Origin: a virus
Taxonomy: Duplodnaviria > Caudoviricetes
Length of the DNA stretch: 37,877 nt
IMG/VR virus record: IMGVR_UViG_3300043464_002002
Span: 1-37,877 of that record
Strand: one strand, 5' to 3'
In this document: positions 7,298 to 16,292 of the stretch, one piece after another
Layout: each line of letters starts with the position of its first letter
Numbering within the stretch: position 1 is the stretch's first letter
The notes under the pieces: generated by a model
What the model saw: the letters and a program-made list of their open reading frames with translations, nothing else
Databases searched by the model: none
Told to the model about the DNA's origin: nothing
Translations under genes and position numbers: made by a program

Positions 7298-8113
7298 TTG
7301 ATGTTTATTAATTGGTTGCGAACTATGGCGTTGTGCGAGTCCTCTGAAGCCTATCACGCCAGAGAGTTGTTGTCTTGTTCAAAGATCAAGGACTTCATAG
7401 CAAGTCCAGAGTTGTTCCACAGGAAGCACATCGCCAAGCTCGATCCACCGTGGTCAAGTTCAAGCATGGACTTTGGGACCACAATCCACGAAGAGCTTCT
7501 CTTGGATGCAATGACCAAGGGGTATGAAGTTATCCCAGCGGAAGTACTTTCCAAGTCAGGCGCAAAGTCTGGCAATGCTTGGAAGGAGTACAAGGATGCC
7601 AACAGGGGGAAGATCCTCTTGAAGCTTGAAGAGGCTGAGGCCTTGGAGAAGATTGTTGGTATTGTGCTCAGTCATCCATTGGCAGCTGAGCTATTGAAGG
7701 CTGAGTCGGGTGACATTCCAGAGCTGACCTTGCTGTCTAGTGTGGTGTGCGGTGAGGCAGAGTTCTGCATCAAGTCTAGGCTGGACAAGCTGAAGGGTAG
7801 TGGTGTTGTGGCCGACATCAAAACCATCGCCAGCCTAGATTTGATGAAATATAGACCCTACGACCACGGTTGGGATGTGCAGTCCTATCTGTACTCAGAG
7901 GCAGCCAAGCTTCACCTGGAGCGATCTGAGGTCGATGTGAGGTTCATTGTAGTAGAGACCAAGACGCCCTACAGGGTGAGGGTGTGGGCTCCTTCATCGC
8001 AGACCATGGCTTTGGCTGAAGAAAAAGTATCCAGGGCGCTTCTCCAGATAGCCGAGAGAACAGCAAGTCAAAATTGGCACTCAGATAATTGGTTGGAAGT
8101 TCAGGAGTTTTGA
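7298..8113 (+). CDS. PD-(D/E)xK exonuclease, RecE/exonuclease VIII (DUF3799)-like
   Basis: YHA..LSCSKIK, MDFGTTIHE, KSRLD, ADIKT, WDVQSYLY, FIVVET..PY. Confidence 0.85.
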   Translation: MMFINWLRTMALCESSEAYHARELLSCSKIKDFIASPELFHRKHIAKLDPPWSSSSMDFGTTIHEELLLDAMTKGYEVIPAEVLSKSGAKSGNAWKEYKDANRGKILLKLEEAEALEKIVGIVLSHPLAAELLKAESGDIPELTLLSSVVCGEAEFCIKSRLDKLKGSGVVADIKTIASLDLMKYRPYDHGWDVQSYLYSEAAKLHLERSEVDVRFIVVETKTPYRVRVWAPSSQTMALAEEKVSRALLQIAERTASQNWHSDNWLEVQEF

Positions 8114-8122
8114 CCCGAGTTT

Positions 8123-8132
8123 GCGTTCTATA
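8123..8132 (+). promoter_or_regulatory. GCGTTCTATA promoter element (copy 5)
   Basis: Exact 10-mer in the gap before erf. Confidence 0.6.
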
Positions 8133-8174
8133 GGGTTGGTTCTTAGTTCAACAGTTTAGGAAGGGATAGATCAG

Positions 8175-9035
8175 ATGAGTGCTTTTACAACCTCCAATGA
8201 GGTAGACAAGATTTTGCCAGCGCTTTGCAAGTTCCAAGGCCTGGGGCTTCGGGTGGCAAAGACGGAGAAGAATGAGGTTTTCAGGTCCCACTATGCTGAT
8301 TTGGGTGCAGTGCTTGACACAATCCAAAAGCCTCTGGCCGAGTGCGACTTGGTTGTGGTTCAGGCCCCAATGCCAGACGACATGCTCTGCACGACGATCT
8401 ATCATACATCTGGGCAGTATGTGCGATCTGTTTTCGATATGGTGCCTGTAGACGTTCTACTCTCCAGAGCGACTCCCGATCAGGCCGCACGGTTTGGTGT
8501 TGGTCCACAGCAAAAGGGTTCAGCGATAACCTACGCCAGGCGCTACATGTTGGTTGCTATGCTGTGCTTGAATGTTGTTGAGGATGATGACGATGGCAAT
8601 GCAGCTAACAACAATAGCAGCACTGCCAGCAAGCCATCGCTTAGCAAGGGGGTAGTTGCAGCAGCTAAGGGACAACAGAAGCCTGATCAGCCTTTGCTTG
8701 ACAAGCAGTTGGAAAAACCAAAGCTTCCGGCCAATGAGGCCGAGCGTGTTGTTTTGGCAAAGACCAAGATCCTAGAAAAACCTATCAACGACCTTGAGGC
8801 ATTCGAGAAGCTTGAGAATGCAGTGTTGAAGAATTTGCAGCAAAAGTCTTTGGGTGCAGATGCGGCGTCTGGTTTGCTTAAGGACTTGCTTGTGCATGCA
8901 GCTAGGTCCATGGGCAAGGAGGCTTTGGTTCCTGTGCTTGGGAAAAAGGCTTTGGACATGCGATCCAAGTTGTTACTGACCGAAGCCGACTATGCTGAGA
9001 TGGTTGCAGCATTTGAGAAGGTGGCTTTGGAATGA
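8175..9035 (+). CDS. erf: ERF-family ssDNA annealing protein
   Basis: N..FRSHYADL, TTIYHTSGQY, PQQKGSAITYARRY, EDDDDGNAA; adjacent to exonuclease. Confidence 0.9.
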   Translation: MSAFTTSNEVDKILPALCKFQGLGLRVAKTEKNEVFRSHYADLGAVLDTIQKPLAECDLVVVQAPMPDDMLCTTIYHTSGQYVRSVFDMVPVDVLLSRATPDQAARFGVGPQQKGSAITYARRYMLVAMLCLNVVEDDDDGNAANNNSSTASKPSLSKGVVAAAKGQQKPDQPLLDKQLEKPKLPANEAERVVLAKTKILEKPINDLEAFEKLENAVLKNLQQKSLGADAASGLLKDLLVHAARSMGKEALVPVLGKKALDMRSKLLLTEADYAEMVAAFEKVALE

Positions 9036-9916
9036 GTAGCACAAAACCGTTAGTGAAAGCCAAGGCCTACGCCCTGGAGTCCATCACCCTGGATGATGAG
9101 TTGCAACTCAGGGAGGGTGTTGTCCAGTCTGCCATTGAGGAGTACTTCCAGGTTCTCAAGGATGGCGGAAGGTTGCCTCCAATCTCTTGCGTCTTGGTCG
9201 ATGGTGAGCTGTTGTTGGTCGATGGGTTTGCCCGTTACTATGCGCACGAGAAGGCCCAGAAGACAAGAATCTATGTCAACATCTTGCCAGGCAACACAAG
9301 GCTCGATGCGATCATCTATGCATGCAGAGCCAACGCCAAGCATGGAGTGCCAAGATCAAACAAGGACAAAAGCAAGGCAGTCAAAAAAGCCATAGAGATC
9401 TTCCCCGATGCAACTCCCCTCAAGCTTTCTGAGATCTGTTTGGTGTCGAGGCAGTTTGTCTATAAATGCCTTTCAAAGAACAAAGAGTCAGAAGCAGCGT
9501 CAGAAGTTTCAGAAGCAGCAGCATTAGAAGTGCCAGCAGCAGCCATGGCAGTGGCAGCGACTTCAGCCACAGCCCCAGCAGTAACAGACCCCAAGCAAGG
9601 CTCCGTTGTCCCGTCACCCCCAGAGTACAAAGCTCTTGATTGCGAAGCCTGTTTTCATAATCAGTTTGTCCTAACCGATGGCGGTTGGCAGTGCAGTAGT
9701 TGTCTTTGCCCAGAGCCCAAGCCAAAGCCCCCGTTGCTTGATACTCTACACGAATCGCCCAAGGTTGAGGCCTTGGATATAGATGCAGAAAAGTGGAAGA
9801 AGTGGAAGAAAATCTTTGGCCAGCTGACCAGATCGTCTGAGGATTGCGGTCTATACATTCATCTTCAGATTGAGTTGGCAGCACTTAAAAAGAAAGCGAT
9901 GGAGTTGGCAGAATGA
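9032..9916 (+). CDS. ParB/Srx N-terminal domain protein with HTH and Zn ribbon
   Basis: LPPISC..LLLVDGFARYYA, ANAKHGVPRSNKDK, LSEICLVSRQFV, CxxC..CxxC. Confidence 0.75.
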   Translation: MSSTKPLVKAKAYALESITLDDELQLREGVVQSAIEEYFQVLKDGGRLPPISCVLVDGELLLVDGFARYYAHEKAQKTRIYVNILPGNTRLDAIIYACRANAKHGVPRSNKDKSKAVKKAIEIFPDATPLKLSEICLVSRQFVYKCLSKNKESEAASEVSEAAALEVPAAAMAVAATSATAPAVTDPKQGSVVPSPPEYKALDCEACFHNQFVLTDGGWQCSSCLCPEPKPKPPLLDTLHESPKVEALDIDAEKWKKWKKIFGQLTRSSEDCGLYIHLQIELAALKKKAMELAE

Positions 9917-9929
9917 GGAAGGCAGCCAG

Positions 9930-11549
9930 ATGAGCAATTGGGAGCATCAAGACAGAGGCAAGGCCCAGATAGCTAAACTCCGATCCGATGGCATCAAGTC
10001 CATTCTTGGTGTGGCTCCTCCTGGGGCTGGTAAGAGCCGGGTAATGATGCAGCTAACGACTGAGGAGGTTGCCAAGGGTGGAAGCGTCAGGCTGTATGTT
10101 CACCGATCTATGTTGCGTGAGCAGCTTTGCGGCTTGTTTGAAGCGCAGGGGATACCCTATGGTGTGCAGGCTTCAGGTTGCAAGCCAGACTTTGATCAGC
10201 CTATTCAAATTTGCATGCTTGATACAGTGTGGTCAAGGTGTGTGAAGCGTGCTGGTAGAAGCGATTGGACACTTGGAGAGCCAAGCTTGGTGATTGTCGA
10301 TGAAGCCCACAATCAGATGGGTGACAAGGCTGAGGGTGTCTTCGTGGGTAGCAATGCAAAGAGCGATGGTTTGTGGGATGGGCACTTGCGCAAGGGATCT
10401 ACACTGCTAGGCTTCACAGCAACTCCGGTCGGGTGTAGTGGGATATACAAAAAGCTTGTTCAGTTTGGATCCTACTCAGAGCTGAGGCGAGCTTCTGCCC
10501 ACTTGCCGATCCGATGCTATGCACCAACAGAGATGGACCTTCGCGGCCTATCACGAACATCCAACTATGAGTTTAGCAGTAGCCAGCTTACCGAGCGTGC
10601 CTATGCAATCCTTGGTGATGCTTTTGAGTGGTGGTCGAGGCTCAATCCCGATGCCGAGCCAGCTATTTTGTTTGCTCCTTCAGTAGAGTCTTCAAGGTGG
10701 TTTGCTACGGAGTGGTGTAAGCGTGGCGTCCCAGCAGCGCACATCGATGGCGAGACGACTATGCTTCCAAGAAATTGCCCTTTGGGTGGTGGGTGGTACT
10801 TGGAACAGTACGACACCAACGAGCCAGGGATACGGGATGAGGTGCTGGCAATGTCCAAGTCGGGAGAGCTGAAGGTGGTGTGCAATCGGTTTGTTCTACG
10901 GGAGGCAATTGATATGCCATGGTTGAGACATGGAATCTTAGCAACTGCCTTTGGGGGAATCTCGACCTACTTGCAATCTGTTGGCCGATTCCAGCGTCAC
11001 TTTGCTGGCCATCCATTCAAGATCATGCAAGACCATGGTGGGAACTACTATCGCCACGGATCCCCGAACATGGAAAGGCATTGGGACTTGAGGGATACTA
11101 ATGAGTCTATAGCCAAGAGCAGGCAGGAGGCTGTGGCAAAGGCAGCCAATGCTGAGGAAGTGGAGGGGATTTGTTGCCCCAAGTGCTTCTGTTGGAGAAG
11201 GGAGGGTGTCCGATGTTTGAACTGTGGGCACTCCCACAAAAGAAGTGTCAGAACGGTACGGATGGTGGATGGAGAGTTGAGGCTTCAAACTGGAAGCGTC
11301 CACAAAAAGAAGACCAAGAAGCAGCAGGACTGTCAGTCCATTTGGTCAGGTGTGCTGTTTGGTTCTGCCAAGACAGACAGGTCAGTCAGTTCTGCTGTTA
11401 CCATCTGGCAGGCAAGGTGTAGACAGGCTGGAGTATTCCCAGATCCGACGATGCTTCGTTCCCCTCCTCCCGACAAGACTTCCCCGGCCTACGACCTTCC
11501 GGTCACCAAGGTGTATCCATGGACAGTGAGAAGGAAGGGTGATTCATGA
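9930..11549 (+). CDS. Superfamily 2 DExH helicase (RadD/YejH-like) with C-terminal Zn finger
   Basis: APPGAGKS, IVDEAH, GFTATP, VLREAIDMP, YLQSVGR, DHGGN..RHG, CPKC..CLNCG. Confidence 0.9.
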   Translation: MSNWEHQDRGKAQIAKLRSDGIKSILGVAPPGAGKSRVMMQLTTEEVAKGGSVRLYVHRSMLREQLCGLFEAQGIPYGVQASGCKPDFDQPIQICMLDTVWSRCVKRAGRSDWTLGEPSLVIVDEAHNQMGDKAEGVFVGSNAKSDGLWDGHLRKGSTLLGFTATPVGCSGIYKKLVQFGSYSELRRASAHLPIRCYAPTEMDLRGLSRTSNYEFSSSQLTERAYAILGDAFEWWSRLNPDAEPAILFAPSVESSRWFATEWCKRGVPAAHIDGETTMLPRNCPLGGGWYLEQYDTNEPGIRDEVLAMSKSGELKVVCNRFVLREAIDMPWLRHGILATAFGGISTYLQSVGRFQRHFAGHPFKIMQDHGGNYYRHGSPNMERHWDLRDTNESIAKSRQEAVAKAANAEEVEGICCPKCFCWRREGVRCLNCGHSHKRSVRTVRMVDGELRLQTGSVHKKKTKKQQDCQSIWSGVLFGSAKTDRSVSSAVTIWQARCRQAGVFPDPTMLRSPPPDKTSPAYDLPVTKVYPWTVRRKGDS

Positions 11550-12046
11550 GTGAAGAAGGGTTGTCCTTTGCTGGTTGGAAGTCTCTGGCTAAGTGGTTGA
11601 TTCAAGGCAAGAGCGGTAAAAGATTTTGCAAGTGGTTTGCAAGGAAGTACTGGAGAGAGCTTCTTGCAACTGAGTGGGGTGCTGAGTTTCACGACTGGAT
11701 ACAGAAGAACAATCATGCAGAAAATACAGATAGGACAAAGATGGTGTTGGTGGAGTTTCGGGAACGAGACTTGGTTGTGGTCTACGGGGTTGGTATTTCC
11801 TGTGCTTTTGTTTCCAGGGTTGCAACTCAGGACGCGGCAGGCGATCTGTTGGCTGAGAAGTTGCTGGAGATGGATCTGCCCTACAGGGCCAAGAGCCTCC
11901 TCGATCCGAAGCACATCATTGGAATGCAAGACTTCCGAGTCGAGACCGTTGTTGAGCGCTGGGAGCGTGAGCACTATGAGCAAGTCTGGGGGGCGATCGG
12001 AAAGGCTGGAGCAAGCCCTGAAGGCGCTGGATGCCAGCAGTCTTGA
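11546..12046 (+). CDS. Hypothetical protein
   Basis: ATGA overlap with helicase stop. Confidence 0.65.
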   Translation: MSEEGLSFAGWKSLAKWLIQGKSGKRFCKWFARKYWRELLATEWGAEFHDWIQKNNHAENTDRTKMVLVEFRERDLVVVYGVGISCAFVSRVATQDAAGDLLAEKLLEMDLPYRAKSLLDPKHIIGMQDFRVETVVERWEREHYEQVWGAIGKAGASPEGAGCQQS

Positions 12047-12230
12047 TGCGGCCATCGATGGATATACTATGGTGGCCTGTGACCCAGCCGACCCGAGAGA
12101 CAGGGCTGAGATGGTGATACTGTGCCGGAAGTGGAAGAGACATCCCTTGGGTGATGTCTTCCAGGAGTTGTTTGTAGTTTGCATGGAGGATGAGGATGGC
12201 AAGCAAGGAAGAGTTGAACAGGACCTATGA
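11976..12230 (+). CDS. Hypothetical protein
   Basis: 3' part of ORF 11637..12230 from ATG 11976; fills the gap to the HNH gene. Confidence 0.5.
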   Translation: MSKSGGRSERLEQALKALDASSLDAAIDGYTMVACDPADPRDRAEMVILCRKWKRHPLGDVFQELFVVCMEDEDGKQGRVEQDL

Positions 12231-12603
12231 GCAGTACCGCGGCGAACAGTGTCAGGCGTGCGGCGCGACCCGTCGTCTTCCTGGGTACTATGCTCCATGG
12301 TTCATTGAGAGGGCGCACATTGTCAACAAGCCCAGGATATGTGACCGACGCGCCGTGGTCCTGCTGTGTTCAGTGTGTCACAAGTTCCAGCACGGAGAGA
12401 GGCTGTCAGGTTTCCTAAGGCCCAAGCTTCAGTTAGAGCATTTGCTAGCGATCAAATTTACTTGCGATCCAGACTATTACGACCATGAATTTCTGCAAAG
12501 GTACTCAGTCAGGATCCTGCCAGACCCATTGGAGTTGCCAGACTTCTATGAGCACTGGCACACGCACTATTTTGAGAAGTACAAAGGAAGGTTTCCATGC
12601 TGA
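12196..12603 (+). CDS. HNH-type endonuclease / NinG-like protein
   Basis: CQACG...ERAHIV...LLCSVCHKFQH; GAGG before ATG 12196. Confidence 0.7.
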   Translation: MASKEELNRTYEQYRGEQCQACGATRRLPGYYAPWFIERAHIVNKPRICDRRAVVLLCSVCHKFQHGERLSGFLRPKLQLEHLLAIKFTCDPDYYDHEFLQRYSVRILPDPLELPDFYEHWHTHYFEKYKGRFPC

Positions 12604-13079
12604 TCGGAATCGATCCCAGCCCAACAGTACAATCCTGTGTGGTTTGGGATAGGCAGTTGCGCTGGGTGCTGGAGGTCAGGTCATTCAGATTCCCTGAGGA
12701 TCAGGATCAGTTCCTGGAGTGGGTTGGGTTGATGCCTGTGGCAGTGGAGTGGATTGAAAGCTACGGTATGCCGGTTGGAAAGGAGGTGTTCCAGACTGTC
12801 TTTCAGATTGGCCAGATTGCTGGATGGCTGAGACGCAAGGGCTCTGTTCGTCTCATTCCAAGGAAGGATGTAAAGCTTAGCCTGTGCGGCTCCTGCCGAG
12901 CCAAAGACCCCAACGTGCGGCAATCGCTCCTGGATGCGATTGGACCTGTCGGCACGAAGAAAGCTCCAGGCCCACTCTACGGCGTTTCTAACCACTACTG
13001 GGCGGCCTTAGGCGTGGCCTATGTGGCATCAGAAATCTGCCCTACAGACAGCGAAGCAACATTTCACAGAAATTCATAG
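12597..13079 (+). CDS. RuvC-like Holliday junction resolvase
   Basis: LIGIDP, VAVEWIESYGMPVG, PRKDVK..LCG..RAKD, WAALGVA. Confidence 0.8.
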   Translation: MLIGIDPSPTVQSCVVWDRQLRWVLEVRSFRFPEDQDQFLEWVGLMPVAVEWIESYGMPVGKEVFQTVFQIGQIAGWLRRKGSVRLIPRKDVKLSLCGSCRAKDPNVRQSLLDAIGPVGTKKAPGPLYGVSNHYWAALGVAYVASEICPTDSEATFHRNS

Positions 13080-13083
13080 GGAT

Positions 13084-13119
13084 TCTGCGCCCTGAATCTG
13101 CCAAACCTGGGCCTAGTTA
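13084..13119 (+). promoter_or_regulatory. Second bipartite motif TCTGCGCCCTG-N9-AACCTGGGCCTWGTTA (copy A)
   Basis: Both 11-bp boxes repeated with identical spacing at 18852; intergenic, upstream of sigma gene. Confidence 0.6.
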
Positions 13120-13197
13120 GTATCGCTTGAAGAGATCAGTTTATGTGTTAAAATTGATCTTGTTCAGTTTTGTTGGTTTCAGGCCTTGTGGAGTTTG

Positions 13198-13653
13198 ATG
13201 ATGGAAGTGATGCAGTTGGATTTGGTGGTGAAGCAAGCTGTCTTTGGTGCAAGGAGTGCAGGCTTACAGGCAGCCAATGCTGAGGATGCTGGCCAGGATA
13301 CAGCCCTGGCGATCCTCAAGGGCAGGGAGGTCAAGAATCCAAGCCAGTATGGTCGGCTATTGGGTTTGAATTCTGTGATGGCATGTAGAAGAAAGGCCAA
13401 CACTGAGGTTGCTTTGAGTGTGGTAGAAGGGACAGAAGGCTTTACCATTGGTTCCACTTCCGACACCGACCACAGCATCTGGATGGATGTCCGGTCCCTT
13501 TGTACTGTGTTTGAGGCAGATTGCATCGAGCGACGGTTCCGTGCTAAGCTTACGCTTGAGGAGATTGCCGAGAGCTATAAAGTCAGTACAAGGATGATCT
13601 CCAGGACAATCAAGTCTGCACTGGAGAAGCTACGCGATGGAATGGAAGAGTAG
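13198..13653 (+). CDS. Sigma-70 family (ECF-like) RNA polymerase sigma factor
   Basis: Region 2-like ANAEDAGQDTALAIL; region 4 HTH LTLEEIAESYKVSTRMISRTIKSALEKLR; GGAG before ATG 13198. Confidence 0.75.
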   Translation: MMEVMQLDLVVKQAVFGARSAGLQAANAEDAGQDTALAILKGREVKNPSQYGRLLGLNSVMACRRKANTEVALSVVEGTEGFTIGSTSDTDHSIWMDVRSLCTVFEADCIERRFRAKLTLEEIAESYKVSTRMISRTIKSALEKLRDGMEE

Positions 13654-14266
13654 GATCGTCGGTCACGACAAAGTCAGGGCCGATCAATTGATGGCCAATC
13701 CGTTCAACCATCGCCTTCATCCAATGAAGCAAAGGCAGGTGGTTGAGGCCTCCATCAAGGAGATAGGCTTTGTGAAGTCAGTCTTGGTCAACAAGACCAC
13801 AGGCCGGATCGTCGATGGCCACGAGCGCGTCATGCAGGCCCTGGGTGCTGGCGATGACACGATGGTCGATGTGGAGTATGTGGAGCTGAGTGAGGAAGAA
13901 GAGCTAAAAGCTTTGTTGCTCCTGGATGCGAGCTCCGAGCTGGCCGACGTCGACCGGGCCAAGGTTCAAGAGTTGGCTTCCATGGTAGATTTTGCCTCGG
14001 TGGATCTCTTGGCCTTTGCCGATGAGATGACCCTCAACTTTGGCAATCTGGTAGAGGACAAGCAGGGTGAGTGGCAGGGGATGCCAGAGTTCAACAACCA
14101 GGAAATTAAGGAGGTTCAGCTGATCGTGTACTTCCCAAGCTTGGAAGCCAAAATCCTCTTTTGCCAAAAGGTAGAGCAGACGGTGACCAAGGAGACGAAG
14201 TTTGTTTGGTTCCCCAAGGAGTCCAAGCCGGTCCGTCAGGATGTTGACGGGATGACAGTGGAATGA
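13637..14266 (+). CDS. ParB/Srx-like protein associated with DNA-modification genes
   Basis: ANPFNHRLHP..Q, SIKEIGFV, VNKTTGRIVDGHER; C-terminal EWQGMPEF...WFP. Confidence 0.75.
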   Translation: MEWKSRIVGHDKVRADQLMANPFNHRLHPMKQRQVVEASIKEIGFVKSVLVNKTTGRIVDGHERVMQALGAGDDTMVDVEYVELSEEEELKALLLLDASSELADVDRAKVQELASMVDFASVDLLAFADEMTLNFGNLVEDKQGEWQGMPEFNNQEIKEVQLIVYFPSLEAKILFCQKVEQTVTKETKFVWFPKESKPVRQDVDGMTVE

Positions 14267-15123
14267 ACAGATACCCAATCTATGTGATCAGCAAGGGTAG
14301 ATGGGAGCTGCGCCACACAGTGAAGGCGCTGGAGGCAATCGGGGCAGGGTTCAGGGTGGTGATTGAGCCCCAAGAGTTCCCACAGTACAGCCAGGTTATT
14401 CCAGAGAGCAAGCTGATCATTCTGCCGTTTTCTAACTTGGGTCAAGGTTCTATCCCGGCCAGGAATTTTGTTTGGCAGCATGCAATCGATGAGGGTCATC
14501 AAAGGCATTGGATCCTGGATGACAACATCCGAAGATTCTACCGTCTCCACGAGAATAAAAAGTACACAGTGACAACCACAGCTACCTTTGAGGCGCTGGA
14601 GGACTTCGTGGATCGTTATGAAAATGTCCCGATGGCCGGCATGAACTATGAGCTTCTCATCCTTGCCAAAAACAAGGTCAGGCCCATTACTTGGAACACC
14701 AGGGTGTACTCTTGCATTCTACTGGACAACAAAAACCCTCTCTGGTGGCGTGGCCGATACAATGAGGACACCGACCTCAGTCTCCGTTACCTCAAGGCAG
14801 GCAACTGTACAGCCCTGTTCAATGCTTTCCTGTGCCAGAAGATTGCTACCATGACCTGCAAGGGAGGCAACACAGATGAGCTGTACAAGCAGGATGCAGA
14901 GTTCGATGGGAGGCTGGAGATGGCCAGGCACTTGCAAAGGCAGCATCCCGATGTGTGCAAGGTCAGCAGGAAGTGGGGAAGGTGGCAGCATCATGTCGAT
15001 TACCGTCCCTTCAAGGACAATCCATTAGTCAGGAAGCGAGACGTACAGATCCCAGAGGGGGTGGATAATCGGGGGATGAGGCTTGTGGACAAAACTCTAG
15101 ACAAGGGACAGGGTCAAGACTAG
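14263..15123 (+). CDS. GREB1-like / TET-associated (TAGT) GT-A glycosyltransferase
   Basis: YPIYVISKGR, ARNFVW, HWILDDNI, YSCILL, WRGRYNEDTDLSLR, KGGNTDELY, QHHVDY. Confidence 0.85.
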   Translation: MNRYPIYVISKGRWELRHTVKALEAIGAGFRVVIEPQEFPQYSQVIPESKLIILPFSNLGQGSIPARNFVWQHAIDEGHQRHWILDDNIRRFYRLHENKKYTVTTTATFEALEDFVDRYENVPMAGMNYELLILAKNKVRPITWNTRVYSCILLDNKNPLWWRGRYNEDTDLSLRYLKAGNCTALFNAFLCQKIATMTCKGGNTDELYKQDAEFDGRLEMARHLQRQHPDVCKVSRKWGRWQHHVDYRPFKDNPLVRKRDVQIPEGVDNRGMRLVDKTLDKGQGQD

Positions 15124-15124
15124 C

Positions 15125-15703
15125 ATGACACGACGGGCCAGAAATAAGTCACCGCACAGGAAATCCAGAACACGAAGGTATGCTCAGCCGAACGGCAAAG
15201 TCATCGAGCGTATCGTTGAAGTGGTAGTGGAGAAGCCAGCGATAGCGACAGGTCTCAATCCTCCTGATGAAAGTCAGGAGAGGGAAGCCTCGGAGTCATT
15301 CTTTTGGCCAGAGCTTCAGCCGGCAACGATCGAAGCCGCCACGGCGGCGGGTAGAGGGAGTAGCGTCAAGCAGCTTCAGGATGTAAGAATTGAGCTTGAG
15401 GCAGTCAAGAAGAACTACAATATCCCAGAGTCCATCAAGGCCAGAATGGTCTACGAGGCAGCCCGAGCCATGGTCTACTCCAAGGTTCTCAAGGAGAAGT
15501 TCTGGGCGATCAAGCTTCTCAAAGAGATGGAAGATGCCAACAACCGGCCCAGCTTGCTCCCGGCTCAGATTACAGTCAACAACCACAACACCCTGTCAGT
15601 CAATGCACTGTTGCAGGAGTTTGGCAAGGACTTGATGGATCCTTCCATGGACCTGAGAGAGGTGGTAGTTGTTCCAGGCGCTCCAGGCGATTATGCTGAT
15701 TGA
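15125..15703 (+). CDS. Hypothetical protein (possible terminase small subunit)
   Basis: Basic N-terminus, ITVNNHN tail, position upstream of terL. Function is positional inference only. Confidence 0.55.
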   Translation: MTRRARNKSPHRKSRTRRYAQPNGKVIERIVEVVVEKPAIATGLNPPDESQEREASESFFWPELQPATIEAATAAGRGSSVKQLQDVRIELEAVKKNYNIPESIKARMVYEAARAMVYSKVLKEKFWAIKLLKEMEDANNRPSLLPAQITVNNHNTLSVNALLQEFGKDLMDPSMDLREVVVVPGAPGDYAD

Positions 15704-15820
15704 ACAATCTATCCAGAACAGGAGGCTTCCCAAGATGCTGTGAATGCAATAAAGACCCGCCATCGCAATTGGTTGATGATGTGTTGAGTTCTACTATCAA
15801 AACCATTCGAGGTATTTCAA

Positions 15821-16180
15821 ATGAAGTTGTCAAAATTAGCACGTGCGAAGTTCAGAGTGAAGATCAGGAGTCTGACCGAAGAGGCGAGGATCATAAGGCA
15901 AGAAGAAAGGCGTTGCATTGGTCAGGAGCGTGCCAGTGACCGAGGCGTATTGCGTGGCCATAGGGTTGGCATTGTCCGCGAAGAACAGAGAGCTACATTG
16001 TTGGCTTATGCTTTTGTCCGTGGCGTTCCATATCGGGCTGTGGAATGGACTGCAAAGCCTCTGGATGAGGCAGTCATTGGTAGGATCATGAGGATCATCA
16101 ACAGCTTGGCTTGGTCCTACAAACCGTCGCTCGATGTGTTGCGATCCTGGACGCTGCCATCTGAAGAGAAAGCGGCCTAG
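15821..16180 (+). CDS. Basic hypothetical phage protein
   Basis: GAGGT RBS; KIRSLTEEARIIRQEE...LLAYAFVRGVPYRAVE. Confidence 0.7.
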   Translation: MKLSKLARAKFRVKIRSLTEEARIIRQEERRCIGQERASDRGVLRGHRVGIVREEQRATLLAYAFVRGVPYRAVEWTAKPLDEAVIGRIMRIINSLAWSYKPSLDVLRSWTLPSEEKAA

Positions 16181-16191
16181 CCATGGCTGAG

Positions 16192-16263
16192 GCGACCATA
16201 GCATCAAGGCGATGCAAACAGCTTTCAATCTGTTGGAGGTGGGTCCGATTCCCACTGGTCGCA
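16192..16263 (+). tRNA. Atypical tRNA with 8-nt anticodon loop (CTTTCAAT; Glu-TTC or TCA reading ambiguous), CCA not encoded
   Basis: Acceptor GCGACCA/TGGTCGC, T8A9, D stem GCAT/ATGC with GG, anticodon stem AACAG/CTGTT, variable GGAG, T stem GTGGG/CCCAC with loop TCCGATT, discriminator A. Confidence 0.8.
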
Positions 16264-16292
16264 TTTTGGTAACAGTAGCAGCGCAAGACCTA

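Noticed and set aside
9487-9585. CAGAAG/GCAGCA repeats in the ParB-like gene as possible iterons
   Set aside because: Explained by an Ala/Glu/Ser low-complexity linker; irregular spacing.
11489-12298. Long minus-strand ORFs (also 5677-6378, 24733-25467, 34992-35621)
   Set aside because: Antisense shadows of well-supported + strand genes, with no motifs.
15700-15939. 79-aa ORF between 15125 and 15821 genes
   Set aside because: TTG start, half overlaps the better-supported 15821 gene; not supportable.
16212-16292. terL start at ATG 16212
   Set aside because: Falls inside a well-formed tRNA cloverleaf.
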